Part shown: positions 17,867-29,000 of the stretch, piece by piece
How the letters are laid out: every line of letters starts with the position of its first letter
Position numbering within the stretch: position 1 is the stretch's first letter
Source: Candidatus Latescibacterota bacterium
GTDB taxonomy: Bacteria; Latescibacterota; UBA2968; UBA8231
Assembly (NCBI GenBank): GCA_965217585.1
Contig: OZ244561.1
Coordinates: 6,016,001 to 6,080,000, forward strand
Reading direction: 5' to 3'
Length of the DNA: 64,000 bases
The notes under the pieces: generated by a model
The model's database searches: none
Told to the model about the DNA's origin: nothing
What the model saw: only the letters and a program-made list of their open reading frames with translations
Position numbers and translations under genes: made by a program

Positions 17867-20698
17867 TCAGGCACCGTAGCCGAGGAGGATGCGCAGGAAC
17901 ATGGAATGCACCTTGAAGTTGCGGCTCTGTTGGTGCGGGTCGAGGAAGCGAATCTTCTCGAAGGTCAGGCCGGCATTCATGATGAGTTCGTAGCCAAAGT
18001 ACTCGGAGCGATTGCTCAAGAGCAGGACGCGGTTTTGACGATCGAAGCTCTTGCTGGGGTCGGTCAAATCCCGGATCTGGTACTTGAGCCAGGGGAATCC
18101 CTGAATTCCACCTTTGACCGAGGTGCGCTCAGTCAGGCGGTACTCGGCTTTGAAGATGGGAATAAACTGGCGCTCGTGCTTCAGGGGAACATCGGTATGG
18201 CGGCGTTCCTTCTTTAAGTAGAGCACCTTGATCTGGGGGGCCACCCGCCAGTGTCGGCTTTCCCAGGTATAGCTGGCCTTGTGCACGCCGACCAAAAGGC
18301 GGATGCGGTCCTGGCGCTGGAAGGTGCCGTCGTCAAATAGGGTCTGGCGCTGGTCGTTGATTTCCAGCTTGATGCGGTTTGCCACCGCTAGTCTGGGCAG
18401 TCCGGTCAGGCGGGTGTTCAGGTAGGTGCGTTTTACCAAGCTGTTGCGATAGTTGAGCTCGTCGGCGATGTCGTCGGCGCCAAACTGGGGCTGGTAGTTC
18501 CCACCGCCCGCCGAGGCGAAGGGGCGGATCGTATCTTCTTTGAAGAGCAAGGTCTCATCCGGGATGTCGTCGCGCACCCGCTTGAGCTCGTGTTCCAGTT
18601 CAAAGGTTCCCAGACCGAATTGCGCCGTCCTGTAGTTGAGGCGCCCGTAGAGCATGTGGTTCCGTCGGCCACCGGCGATCTGTTCGGCGTGTAGCCGTCC
18701 CAGCATGAGCCGTAGCCGTGGCAGCGGCGCGAACCAGCCCATCAGGTGTGCGCCTTTGAGATCGAGATCGTAGGGATATTCGGGATCGAGGTCGTCCTCG
18801 CGTTCGTCCGGCACGTCGTTGTTGTCCATATCGGCCCCGTACACGTAGTTGTCCGACTCGACGTCGAACATCAGAAAAGGCTCGCGATAGTCGGGGATGT
18901 CATTGTAATTCTTGTTGGTATCGGGCAAACCATCCTGGTCTTCGTCTTTGCCCGGGAATATCCCGTCGATATCCTCGCTGTTGGGATTGCCGAACCAGAC
19001 ATCGGCATAGCGGTCGTGGTCGTCGTTGTCCTGGACGAGATGATAGACCGCGGATTCGTTGATGAAGCCCGTGCCCGAGAATCGCTGTTCGAGATTGTGG
19101 ACGGTCAGGAAGGTCTTGTAGTCGGGGCTCATGGAAAAGAGTTCGCCCCCCAATCCCCAGCGCTCAAAGTCCTTGGTGGCCACCGCGTACCAGGCGCGCG
19201 CCTGCTGGTTGTGCCGGGCACCGTTGAGGTCGATACCGGGAAACTGGTTGTGTTCCAAGCTGGTGGCGAATTCGCCCTGGATCTCGAGACCGCGAAAGTT
19301 GACGCTAGCGTCAAAGCTATAAATGGATAGCCCTGTGGGTGCCCCGTATTTGAACTTCACCCAGCGCACATTGGACAGATCTTGGACATTGCCCCGAGCG
19401 CGGGTGACCGTGCGGAAGAAGTCGGCGCGGAAGCGCCGCTCGTAGGGATCGTTGCGGGTCGTCTTTGGCTGTACGTCGGAGATGGATATATGGTAGTCGT
19501 TCCCCATCAGGAAGCCCAACTCCACTGCCTCGATATCTGCGAGATCGCCCAGATCAAAATAGTAGACTAGATAGTCCTCGCCATCGGCGGCATGTACTTC
19601 GTCGGCGAGGAGTTGCGCCCGGCTGGTCAGGCGTGGAATGCTGACCCGCCGGCTGACATCCACGCCGTCCAGATGGTCCTTCAAATACATATAGTCGGCA
19701 TAGAGCGGCAATTCCAATGGCACGGCCGCCACCTCCCAGATATCGCCGATTATTTCGCGGAAAGAACCAAATACCCTGTAGGTGGAATAGGGGGAAGCAG
19801 TGAACCGGTCGCCGACCGAAGTGCGCCCCACCGAGGTCTGCCGTGAGCTATAGCGCACTACGTCGGGACGTATATCCGGGCGTTCCCGGCCGCCAACCCA
19901 CACCTTCACATCAAAGACGCGCGGCCCGCCGCGGTCGTCCTCGGGCGATTCATCGGCGATTTTGACGGCCAGAAATCGGGGTATTCGGCGGGTGTTGGGG
20001 AAGGTGCCTTTGAGGCTCTCCTCGCCCCGGTCCAGATTCGTCGAGTGAATGTTCACGTAGGTAGCGCCGAGGTCGAACACCCCCAAACTGTGCTGGGCAT
20101 GGCCCCCCAGAATAAAGATCGGATTGAGCTTGTGACCGAGGCGCGAGCCGACGGTGGAAATCTGGGTGCGATCTTTCAGCCAATCGATCCGCAGGCCGTT
20201 AAACCCGCTCCAGTAGAGGGTGAGCGGCGTGAACATGGTGAGGATCTCATTGCCGTAGATGGCCCGCGCCGACCAGCCCTTGGCTGCATCGCTGGCCACG
20301 ATCACGCGGTCAAAGACATTGGCATAGCGTCCCTCTTGCAGTTCGAGTTCGCTCTGGCTGCGGCCCGTGGTGGTGCGGTCTTCCTGCCACTGGACCACGT
20401 CAAAACCGCTGATGAGGCGGTCGCCCAAAGGACCGTAAAAGGTGCGGCGCGAAGAGGTGTAGGGGAAAGACGCATCGTCGTAGTTGGCAAAGGGGTGGTG
20501 GGCGTACGTACTGAATCTGGGTGCCAGGGCCAGGAGAAGGGGGTGGGTGGGGTATATCTGCTCGACGGATACGTAGTCCTCTTCCGCTTCGTCTCTGTCG
20601 CGTCGCGAAGACTGGGCTGAGGCCGCGTCTGAACAGTACAGCATGGAAAGCGAGACGACGAGCACCAGACGCCGGATCACAGGAGCGTCAATCTTCAT
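17867..20698 (-). CDS. Large exported/outer-membrane protein with Asp-rich Ca-binding-like segment (paralogue family)
   Basis: 943 aa, signal peptide, DxDxDG-type motifs (DEDQDGLPD, DMDNNDVPD), alternating beta-strand C-terminus; aligns end to end with 20688-23546 and 29214-32108. Confidence 0.75.
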   Translation of the reverse strand: MKIDAPVIRRLVLVVSLSMLYCSDAASAQSSRRDRDEAEEDYVSVEQIYPTHPLLLALAPRFSTYAHHPFANYDDASFPYTSSRRTFYGPLGDRLISGFDVVQWQEDRTTTGRSQSELELQEGRYANVFDRVIVASDAAKGWSARAIYGNEILTMFTPLTLYWSGFNGLRIDWLKDRTQISTVGSRLGHKLNPIFILGGHAQHSLGVFDLGATYVNIHSTNLDRGEESLKGTFPNTRRIPRFLAVKIADESPEDDRGGPRVFDVKVWVGGRERPDIRPDVVRYSSRQTSVGRTSVGDRFTASPYSTYRVFGSFREIIGDIWEVAAVPLELPLYADYMYLKDHLDGVDVSRRVSIPRLTSRAQLLADEVHAADGEDYLVYYFDLGDLADIEAVELGFLMGNDYHISISDVQPKTTRNDPYERRFRADFFRTVTRARGNVQDLSNVRWVKFKYGAPTGLSIYSFDASVNFRGLEIQGEFATSLEHNQFPGIDLNGARHNQQARAWYAVATKDFERWGLGGELFSMSPDYKTFLTVHNLEQRFSGTGFINESAVYHLVQDNDDHDRYADVWFGNPNSEDIDGIFPGKDEDQDGLPDTNKNYNDIPDYREPFLMFDVESDNYVYGADMDNNDVPDEREDDLDPEYPYDLDLKGAHLMGWFAPLPRLRLMLGRLHAEQIAGGRRNHMLYGRLNYRTAQFGLGTFELEHELKRVRDDIPDETLLFKEDTIRPFASAGGGNYQPQFGADDIADELNYRNSLVKRTYLNTRLTGLPRLAVANRIKLEINDQRQTLFDDGTFQRQDRIRLLVGVHKASYTWESRHWRVAPQIKVLYLKKERRHTDVPLKHERQFIPIFKAEYRLTERTSVKGGIQGFPWLKYQIRDLTDPSKSFDRQNRVLLLSNRSEYFGYELIMNAGLTFEKIRFLDPHQQSRNFKVHSMFLRILLGYGA

Positions 20699-23546
20699 AG
20701 CCTAGGACGATGCGCATAAACATGGAGTTGATCTGCAAATTGCGGGTGCTCTGGCGCGGGTCGAGGAACTCGATCTTATCGAAGAGCAGGCCCGCGTTCA
20801 TGATGAGCTGGTAGCCGAAATACTCGGAGCGATTGCTCACCATGAGGATGCGGTTCTGGCGATTGACGCTCTGGCTCGGGTCGGTCAGATCCCTGAGTTG
20901 GTACTTGAGCCAGGGGAATCCCTGGATGCCGCCTTTGAACGAGGTTCTCTCGGTGAGGCGACACTCGGCCTTGAGGATGGGAATGAGTTGGCGCTCGTGC
21001 GTCAGGGGGACGCTGGTTTTCCGACGCGCTTTTTTTAGATAGAGTACCTTGAACTGGGGTGCTACTCGCCAGGGGCCGGACTGCCAGGTATAGCTGACCT
21101 TGTGCACTCCGGCCAGCAGGCGCACTTGGTCTCGGCGCTGGAAAGTGCCGTCGTCAAATAGACTTTCGCGCTGATTGTTGGTCTCCAGCTTGATTCTGTT
21201 GGTCACTTCCAGGCCGGGCACGGCCCGCAGGCGGGTGTCGAGATAGGTGCGGTGCACCAGACTGTTGCGATAGTTGAGTTCATCGGCCACGCGCTCGGAG
21301 CCGAACTGAGAACTGAAAAATCCGTCGCCAGCCGACTGAAAGGGGCGGTTTGTAGTCTCGCCAAAGCGCACGATCTCGTCTGCAATATCGTCGTGCACGC
21401 GCTTGACCTCGTGCTCCACTTCAAAGACACCTAAGCCAAAATGGGTCACGCGGTAATTCAAACGTCCATAAGCTACGCGGTTGTGGCGGCCGGCGGCGAT
21501 CTGCCCGCTGTGCAGCCGGCCCAACATCAGGCGCAGATGGCGCCAAGGCGCTACCCAGCCCATCAGGTGGGCCCCTGCGAGATCGAGGTCGTAGGGATAC
21601 TCCGGGTTGGTGTCGTCCTCGCGCACGTCGGGCACGTCGTTGTTGTCCATATCGGCGCCGTACACGTAGTCGTCCGACTCGATACCGAACATCAGAAAAG
21701 GCTCGCGGTAATCCGGCGTGAGGTTGTAATTCTTGTTGGTATCGGGTAGGCCGTCCTGGTCCTCGTCCTTGCCCGGAAAGATACCGTCGAGATCTTCGGT
21801 GCGCAAAAATCTGCCGGTTTCGCCGAACCACACGTCCGGGGCGCGGTCGTGGTCGTCGTTGTCCTGGACCAGCGGGTAGAAACCCGTGTCGTTGATCACC
21901 GCGCGGGTGTAGTCCCGGGCGGGGATGTTGGGCACATTGGCGATCAGGTAGGTTCTGTAGTCGGGTTGCATGGAGAAGAATTCGCCGCCCAGCCCCCAGC
22001 GCGCAAAAATCTTGTTGGCCACCAGGTACCAGGCGTGCCCCCGCTCGTTGAAGCGGTCGCCGGCGAGGTCGAGGTTGGGGAATTGATTGTATTCTAGGCT
22101 GCTGGCGAATTCGCCCTCAATCTCGAGGCCGTGAAAGTTGGCGTGGGCATTGACGCTGTAGATGGATAGTCCGGTGGGCGCGCCGTAGTGGAACTTTTCC
22201 CAGCGCACGTTGGACAGATCCTGGACATTGCCCGGGGCGCGAATAATGGTGCGGAAGAAGTCGGCGCGGTACTGGCGCTCGTAGGGGTTGTTGCGGCCCG
22301 CCTTGTTCTGCACCTCTGAGATGCTTATCTGATAGTCGTTACCCACTAGGAAGCCCAGTTCGACCGCATCGACTTCCTGCAGCTCCCGCATGTCGAAGTA
22401 GTAGATCAGATAGGCGTCGCCGTCGGCGCTGGCTACTGCGTCGGACACGATTTCAGCCTGCGCGGTCAGGCGAGGGATGTTGGCTCGCGTGCTCACATCC
22501 TCGCCGGCTAGGTGATCCCTCAGATAGAGGTAGTCGGCAAAGAGCGGGATCTCGCTTGGCTCGCCCAAGAGCCTGAAAACGCCGGGGGGGTTCTTGAACG
22601 CCGCGGAGTAGGGGTTGGGGGTGAAGCGGCCGTTCGCCGCGGTGCGGCCCACGCTCGTGTCCTTGGAGCGGTAGCGCACCACGTCGGGTCGGATGTCGTC
22701 GCGCCGCTCGCCGTTGATCCACACGGCCACGTCGAAGACTACGGGACCACCGCGCTCGTCTTCGGGCGACTCGTCCGACACCCTGATGGCCAGCCACAGG
22801 GGCGCTTTGCGGCTGGTGGGAAAAGCGCCCTTGAGACTCTCCTCTCCTTGGTCCAGGTTGGTGGAGTGGATGTTCACGTACGTGGCACCGAGATTGAGCC
22901 CGCCCAAGCTGCGCTCAAAGTGCCCACCCAAGATGTAGATTGGGTTGAGGTCGATGAAGGGGCCGGTGAGGCCCACCTCGCGAAAGGCGCCGCGCGGATA
23001 GCCCGGATGGCTGATGCGAGAGCTTATGACCGAGATTCGGTTCCGCTCGGTCATCCAGTCGAGGCGGATGCCGTTGAGGTTGGCCCAGTAGAAGGTCAGC
23101 GGCGTGAACATGGTCCTGATCTCATTGCCATATATGGCGCGTCCCGACCAACTCTTGGTGGCATCACTGGCGATGACCACATTGTCGAAGATGCCGTAGT
23201 AGCGGCCGTCGTGTTTGAAGAGCTGGCTGTCGCTGTCGCCGGTGGAAGAGCGGTTTTCTTCCCACCAGACTACGTCAAAACCGCTGATGAGACGGTCACC
23301 TAAAGGGCCGTAGAAGGTGCGGCGCGAAGAGGTGTAGGGGAAGTCCGAATCGCCGTAGTTGGTGAAGGGATTGTGGGCGTAGGTAGTAAAGGTAGGTGCT
23401 GGGTCCAAGAGTAAAAGGCGGGCAGGATAGACCTGCTCGACAGCGACGTAATCCTCGTCCTGCTTCAGACCTTGGCTGTAAGCTGATTCTGCGCAGTAGG
23501 CGGCGAGGAACAGGAAACTCGCGATTGTGGATCTTGTTCCTCTCAT
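20688..23546 (-). CDS. Large exported/outer-membrane protein with Asp-rich Ca-binding-like segment (paralogue family)
   Basis: 952 aa, signal peptide, conserved 'PYTSSRRTFYGPLGDRLISGFDV' and 'QDNDDHDR' blocks; 11-bp overlap with next paralogue. Confidence 0.75.
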   Translation of the reverse strand: MRGTRSTIASFLFLAAYCAESAYSQGLKQDEDYVAVEQVYPARLLLLDPAPTFTTYAHNPFTNYGDSDFPYTSSRRTFYGPLGDRLISGFDVVWWEENRSSTGDSDSQLFKHDGRYYGIFDNVVIASDATKSWSGRAIYGNEIRTMFTPLTFYWANLNGIRLDWMTERNRISVISSRISHPGYPRGAFREVGLTGPFIDLNPIYILGGHFERSLGGLNLGATYVNIHSTNLDQGEESLKGAFPTSRKAPLWLAIRVSDESPEDERGGPVVFDVAVWINGERRDDIRPDVVRYRSKDTSVGRTAANGRFTPNPYSAAFKNPPGVFRLLGEPSEIPLFADYLYLRDHLAGEDVSTRANIPRLTAQAEIVSDAVASADGDAYLIYYFDMRELQEVDAVELGFLVGNDYQISISEVQNKAGRNNPYERQYRADFFRTIIRAPGNVQDLSNVRWEKFHYGAPTGLSIYSVNAHANFHGLEIEGEFASSLEYNQFPNLDLAGDRFNERGHAWYLVANKIFARWGLGGEFFSMQPDYRTYLIANVPNIPARDYTRAVINDTGFYPLVQDNDDHDRAPDVWFGETGRFLRTEDLDGIFPGKDEDQDGLPDTNKNYNLTPDYREPFLMFGIESDDYVYGADMDNNDVPDVREDDTNPEYPYDLDLAGAHLMGWVAPWRHLRLMLGRLHSGQIAAGRHNRVAYGRLNYRVTHFGLGVFEVEHEVKRVHDDIADEIVRFGETTNRPFQSAGDGFFSSQFGSERVADELNYRNSLVHRTYLDTRLRAVPGLEVTNRIKLETNNQRESLFDDGTFQRRDQVRLLAGVHKVSYTWQSGPWRVAPQFKVLYLKKARRKTSVPLTHERQLIPILKAECRLTERTSFKGGIQGFPWLKYQLRDLTDPSQSVNRQNRILMVSNRSEYFGYQLIMNAGLLFDKIEFLDPRQSTRNLQINSMFMRIVLGYED

Positions 23547-23769
23547 GGCGGTACTCGGCTGGACTATTTGTCGGAGCCTTCAATCGCACCTGCGGGCACG
23601 CCCCTTCCGCAGGACTCGCGCCCAGCTCCAACTCGGTGCTGGCTATACAGCTATCTATCCAAATGCCTCTGGAAGCCTCTGTCAACGGTCGATGTAAAAG
23701 AAAGGTCACGGGACTCAGGCAAGCACGGGATGTTACAACAGGCAGTGGCGATAGCTCCGGCTGGCAAAG

Positions 23770-23820
23770 AAATAAAAATTTGTTGACTATCAGTAGGTAT
23801 AACTTTATATATAATATAGG
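23770..23820 (+). promoter_or_regulatory. AT-rich divergent promoter region with sigma70-like elements
   Basis: A/T tract, TTGACT at 23783-23788, TATATA/TATAAT at 23806-23815 in the intergenic gap between divergent genes; spacing imperfect. Confidence 0.4.
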
Positions 23821-23963
23821 CTGATATGTAAATGGGTTTACTGTTGCCTGCGTGTATACACGCGAAAAGGAAGACATAAAAAGCGGCATAAATAAAATTA
23901 GAACAATAAGTTGACCTATTTTCTTCCCAATCAATTCGCTTACTCCCAACAAGGAGGAGTATC

Positions 23964-25925
23964 ATGAGAAAGTGGAACCGTGCAGTTGCTTTAGTGGGAG
24001 CCTTGGTCATCGCCAGCGCGGCAGTGGCCCAGGACGAAATAGTGCCGAGGTGGGATCCGAACAACTGGAATAGCGGCGATCCCACGCCGATGTCGCTAGA
24101 AGTGACAGAAAGTCTGCCGACTTATAGCGGCAGTGGTTCGGTGGAGATTCCCTTTACCATCGACCAGCCCGCGGCCGTGCATGTGGCCGTCTACTCCACC
24201 GGGGCCAATCCCGCGCCGCGGCCCTTCATCCGCGACCAGCGCACCTTTGGCTATGACGGCCACTGGGATGGGGTCAACCAAGTCTATGTGGGCACCGAGG
24301 GCGGCATTGCCCGCGGTGAGAATACCTTTATGGACACGATGGTGTGGCGCTCCCCGGACGAAAATCTCTACTTCGATGCGGGTTCGCACACGATCACTTG
24401 GCCCGGGATCGATATGAACAGCAACCAGATGCCGGCGGGTGACTATACATTCTACGTTCTCACCTTCAACGACCAGAGCGTCACTACCGTGGGTCGGGCG
24501 GCCGCGCAGTGGGGGGTGGAGTGGGAGATCAACTTCGACGCCGATCCGCCGGAAATCTGGGGCTGGGCCACGTTCGCCGACGGCAGTGATGCAGCCTTGA
24601 ACAGTACCTTTATAAAGAGCACCATTGGCACGGACTGGCGTTCCAGCCCAGATGCGTACGAGAGCTATACAGCCGGAGAGGTGTACACCGCCATCGCCAC
24701 GGCCAATGGCAACCCCGAGGGCGTGATCACTCAGTGGGGTTTCCTGATGGATCCGCGCGCCAAAGGCCGCGATTTCTACCTCACCGATTTCACCGGGCCG
24801 GCCCCGGGGCTCACTAAGGTGCGGCTGAACGACGACGGAGTAGTCGAAGCGGTTAGCGAATTCGGCGAAAACGGGTACGTGTTCCAGCCGGCGCGGACCT
24901 ACCAGGTCGAGTGGGTATTTGACCAGCTCATCAATATCGACGCCAACCGGACGGATCTCGTTGACGAGGTGATCTACAGCGATCCAGATACAGGAGAGCG
25001 CCTACGCGCCCACGATTTCACCGAGGTCTTCGGCGGCGAGGTCCTGCGCGACGACGAGCCGGTTCCCTTTGTGGGCGGCATGTCCTCCTTTGCCGTCAAT
25101 GAGAACGGGATCTGGGCCACGTCGCACTCGTCGCGCAGCTTCCACGTGTTGCGCGCCGATCACGATGGCAAGGAGATCTGGGTCAATGCCAACGGCGACG
25201 GCTGGATCGACACCATCTTGTGGGACCACGACGACGACCCGGAGACGGGTGTGGAAATGATCATCGGTGACCACTGCAAGGACTCGGCGGTGGGGACCTT
25301 CGACATGTACTTCTGCTCGCCGGGCACCCGCGGTTCGGGCGAGGGCAGAGTGGGGATCGTACTGGGGCCCGACGGCAGCGGCTTCGCGCGCTTGAAGATC
25401 CGCAATGCAGTCAACCTGGAATCCGAGAATTCCAACGAGTTGCAGTACCACGAATTGGGCGGCCCGTACGATGGCTGGTACAAGTCCATAGGCCACGATC
25501 CCACCAAGCGCCAGGACCAGATCGAAGCGAACGAGTTGCCCTATGAGCCCGCGCCGGGTTGGGTCGTCCACATTCCGGGTCGGATCCGCAGGGGTAGCAT
25601 TGGCGACGATGGGACTGCCGTGTTAGCGGTAAGCGATAATACGCCCGATTCTTATAGCCTAGGCAACGCCTATCCCAACCCGTTCAACCCGGAGACTACC
25701 ATCGAGTTCAAGCTGCCGCAGGCCGGCCACTCCGTGCTTTCGGTTTACAACGCGGTCGGGCAGGAGGTGGTGAGACTGGCGGACGAGCTCCTCGAAGCTG
25801 GCGTGTACCAGGCCAATTGGGATGGACGCGACAAGAGCGGTCAGCAGGTCTCGAGCGGCGTGTATATGTACACGCTCAAGGTCGGGGACTTCGCAGAGAC
25901 CAAGCGCATGACGTTGTTGAAGTAA
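23964..25925 (+). CDS. Secreted protein with N-terminal FlgD-Ig-like domain and C-terminal FlgD-Ig / T9SS type-A-like sorting domain
   Basis: AGGAGG RBS, signal peptide; C-terminus 'YSLGNAYPNPFNPETTIEF...VYNAVGQEV...WDGRDKSGQQVSSGVYMY...TKRMTLLK'; N-terminal 'IPFTIDQPAAVHVAVY...AGSHTITWPGIDMNSNQMPAGDYTFYV'. Confidence 0.85.
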   Translation: MRKWNRAVALVGALVIASAAVAQDEIVPRWDPNNWNSGDPTPMSLEVTESLPTYSGSGSVEIPFTIDQPAAVHVAVYSTGANPAPRPFIRDQRTFGYDGHWDGVNQVYVGTEGGIARGENTFMDTMVWRSPDENLYFDAGSHTITWPGIDMNSNQMPAGDYTFYVLTFNDQSVTTVGRAAAQWGVEWEINFDADPPEIWGWATFADGSDAALNSTFIKSTIGTDWRSSPDAYESYTAGEVYTAIATANGNPEGVITQWGFLMDPRAKGRDFYLTDFTGPAPGLTKVRLNDDGVVEAVSEFGENGYVFQPARTYQVEWVFDQLINIDANRTDLVDEVIYSDPDTGERLRAHDFTEVFGGEVLRDDEPVPFVGGMSSFAVNENGIWATSHSSRSFHVLRADHDGKEIWVNANGDGWIDTILWDHDDDPETGVEMIIGDHCKDSAVGTFDMYFCSPGTRGSGEGRVGIVLGPDGSGFARLKIRNAVNLESENSNELQYHELGGPYDGWYKSIGHDPTKRQDQIEANELPYEPAPGWVVHIPGRIRRGSIGDDGTAVLAVSDNTPDSYSLGNAYPNPFNPETTIEFKLPQAGHSVLSVYNAVGQEVVRLADELLEAGVYQANWDGRDKSGQQVSSGVYMYTLKVGDFAETKRMTLLK

Positions 25926-25976
25926 GGGACAGCTAATAGATGGGCGCTTAGCGCGTCCGACTTGTAGGTTATTTGG

Positions 25977-26018
25977 AAATCAGGAAGGGATTTGCGCAAA
26001 TCCCTTCCTGATTTTTTT
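25977..26018 (+). terminator. Rho-independent terminator
   Basis: Perfect 38-bp palindrome AAATCAGGAAGGGATTTGC/GCAAATCCCTTCCTGATTT (25977-26014) running into a T tract, 51 bp after the stop. Confidence 0.85.
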
Positions 26019-26054
26019 ATGGCAGACAGATTTGATCACTTTGGGGTTAGGGTT

Positions 26055-29000
26055 TTGTCCAGCGGAAACGACAGGGGCCAGTACATCAGACCGATCCTGA
26101 TGACGCTCTTCCTCCTTTCTGGGGGGTGTGGGCTGATCTACCAAGTGGTCTGGATGCGCATGCTGGGATTCGCAATGGGCAGTACTGTGCTCGCAGTGAG
26201 CACCGTACTGACTGCGTTCATGGCGGGATTGGCCCTGGGAAGTTTCTCTTTTGGCCGCCTTATCGACCGCCGCGCAGATGCCCTGAAGGCCTATGCTTAC
26301 TTGGAAATAGGGATCGGGCTTTGCGGCTTGGCCATGCCGACATTGCTGCTGGGATTGAGTCCGATCTATGTCGGGATGACTCGTCTCCTGGGCGACTCTT
26401 ATGCGGCGCTTTCTCTGGCGCGCTTTGGTCTGTGCTTTGCGCTGCTGGTGGTTCCCACGACCCTGATGGGAGGTACCCTGCCCGTTCTCAGCAAGTTCTT
26501 CGTGGCGCGCAAGGAGGTGCTGGGCTGGAATGTCGGGGTGCTCTACGCGGTAAACACGCTGGGGGCCGTAATCGGCTGTTTTGCCGCCGGGTTTGTGCTA
26601 ATCGGGACTGTGGGGGTGGTGGAGACGGTCTACATCGCCGCCGTGCTCAATCTTCTCGTAGCTGCAGGAACCCTGGTGCTCAGAGCGGTTGCGCCGGATG
26701 CGGAGAGCGGCCTAGAGGCAGAGCCAGCAGGGCAAAAACAGGAGCAGCGTCCCAGACTTCCGGGCCTAGCGCTTTTAATTTTGTGTGCTTTCGGCCTTTC
26801 GGGCTTTGCGGCGCTGGGCTACGAGGTGATCTGGTCGCGGATTCTGGTATTCTTCGTGGGCAATTCGACCTATGCCTTCAGCGCTATGCTGACGACCTTC
26901 CTGTTGGGACTGGCCCTGGGTAGTTTTGTAGCTGGCAAGCTCGCAGATCGCAGGGGCGATCTGGTTGGGGCGTTCGGTGTGGTGGAGATACTCATCGGGT
27001 TATCGGCCCTGGTGGGCATGGTGCTCCTGAGGGGAACCATAGCGGCAGAGGGCCTCTGGGTGATGCAGGAACAGACGGCTTTTAGCTGGTACGGCGAGAT
27101 CGGGAAGATGTTTAAGGCGTCCTTCGCGGTTATGTTCGTCCCAACCTTGTTTATGGGAGCGACCTTTCCGCTGGCCAGCAAGGCCTACGTGCGCTCCGTC
27201 CAGGAAGTAGGACGGGATATCGGTGCCGTCTACTCGGTGAACACCTTGGGAGCCATCCTCGGGGCCTTTATCTCCGGTTTTGCCATCCTGTCCTGGCTCG
27301 GCGTGCAGGGAGCGATCATCTTCCTGGCCGCGATCAATGCTGTGGTGGGCTTGGTTATCCTCTTGGTCAATCGCACTTCGACGGCCAGGCTGCGCTTCGT
27401 CGTTGCGCCGCTTCTGGGGGCTGCGGTCTTTATCACCGCCATCTTCCTTCCATCCCACTTTGTGTTGCCGAGCGACTTCGAGGGCAAAGAGGACGCCGTG
27501 CTCTTCTACCAGGAAGATCGGGCCGGCACCGTCAAAGTCTATCGCAAGCCGGATGGCCATCTGCTCATCAGCGTCGATGGCAACACCATCGGGGATACGA
27601 GGGACGATCTGGATGCCAAGCAGCGCTTGTTGGCCCATCTGCCGCTCTTGCTGGCTCCCGATCCCAAATCGATTCTAGTGGTCGGCCTGGGCAGTGGCAT
27701 TACGGTGGGCGCCATGACTCTCTACGAAGAGGTCGAACTCATCGACTGTGTCGAGATCGTGCCGGGCGTGGTGGAAGGGGCCAAGTACTTCGAGGCCCAC
27801 AACCGCGGTGTACTTAAGAAACCACAGGTGAACGTGGCAGTCGCGGACGGCATCAACTATCTGCTGACCTCCGACGGGAAGTACGACGTAATCTCTTCGG
27901 ATGCCAAGCTCAATCCAGCCTATACGGGCAACGCGGTCTTCCTCTCAAGCGACTACTACCGCCTGTGCCTAGAACGGCTCTCGGAGGACGGCATGATGGT
28001 GCAGTGGATCCCGCTGCATCTGCCGCAGGACAGCTACCAGATGGTACTCAGGACCTTCGCCGAGGTCTTTCCATACGGGACGATCTGGTTCTTCCCCGGT
28101 AAACACACCATCCTGATCGGGACCCGGCACAAACTGGAGATCGACTTGGCGCGCTTGTGGCGGCGCTTGCAGGTATCCGAGGTGCGGGGGGACCTAGCGC
28201 GCTTTGGCCTGGACCATCCACTGGCGCTTCTGAGCGGCTACCGGGGAAAGCGTGCAGACATCCTCCGCTACGTCGGCAGCGGCGAATTGAGTAGCTGGAA
28301 TCATCCCTACATCGAGTTCCAGACGCCGCGGGGCCTGGCGCTTGCGACGGGAAAGAACCAAGCTGGCAACCTGCGCGGGATAAGACAGATCAGAGGAGAT
28401 ATTCGCTCGCATCTTACCACAACTGCCGAGCATGAATTCGAGCAGATCCGGGAGCAGTTGCAGCGCTATGTCCAATCGACCGAGCTGCTCATAGAAGGTC
28501 TGGCGCAAGCGCAAGAAAGTGGCCTGCTGAGCTATGGAGAGGCTTTCTTCCGGCAGATCCTGCGCTCCCACCCGGAGGACAGGCGGGCGCAATACTGGCT
28601 GGCCCGTTCCATGCGGGAGCGCAGAGATGTCCAGAAAGCTACAGCCGGGGTCAGAGACGCTAGAGCTTATATAGTGCTGGGCAACACTTTTTTGACAGAG
28701 GGTGCCTTCACCAAGGCGCTGGAGGCCTTTGCGCGGGCAACCGAGATAGAGCCGGAGAATGCCGTGGCGCACTACCACTTGGGGGTGGTCAGCGAATACA
28801 GCGACGAGGGCCGGCGCTACGGTCCAGGCTTTGCGCGTGCCCGCGCCATTGCCGCGTACGAAAAGGCGATCTCGATTCGGAAAGACTACGTCGAAGCCCA
28901 CTACAACCTCGGCGTGGTCTGTCAGCATAATGAAGAGGGGAAACGCTATGGACCGGGCGCGCAGGTCGAGCGCGCCAGCGCAATCTTCAAACGGGTCGTA

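Noticed and set aside
23296-24085. ORFs of 218, 142 and 144 aa across the divergent intergenic region
   Set aside because: They overlap real genes or the AT-rich promoter, have atypical composition and no RBS or motifs.
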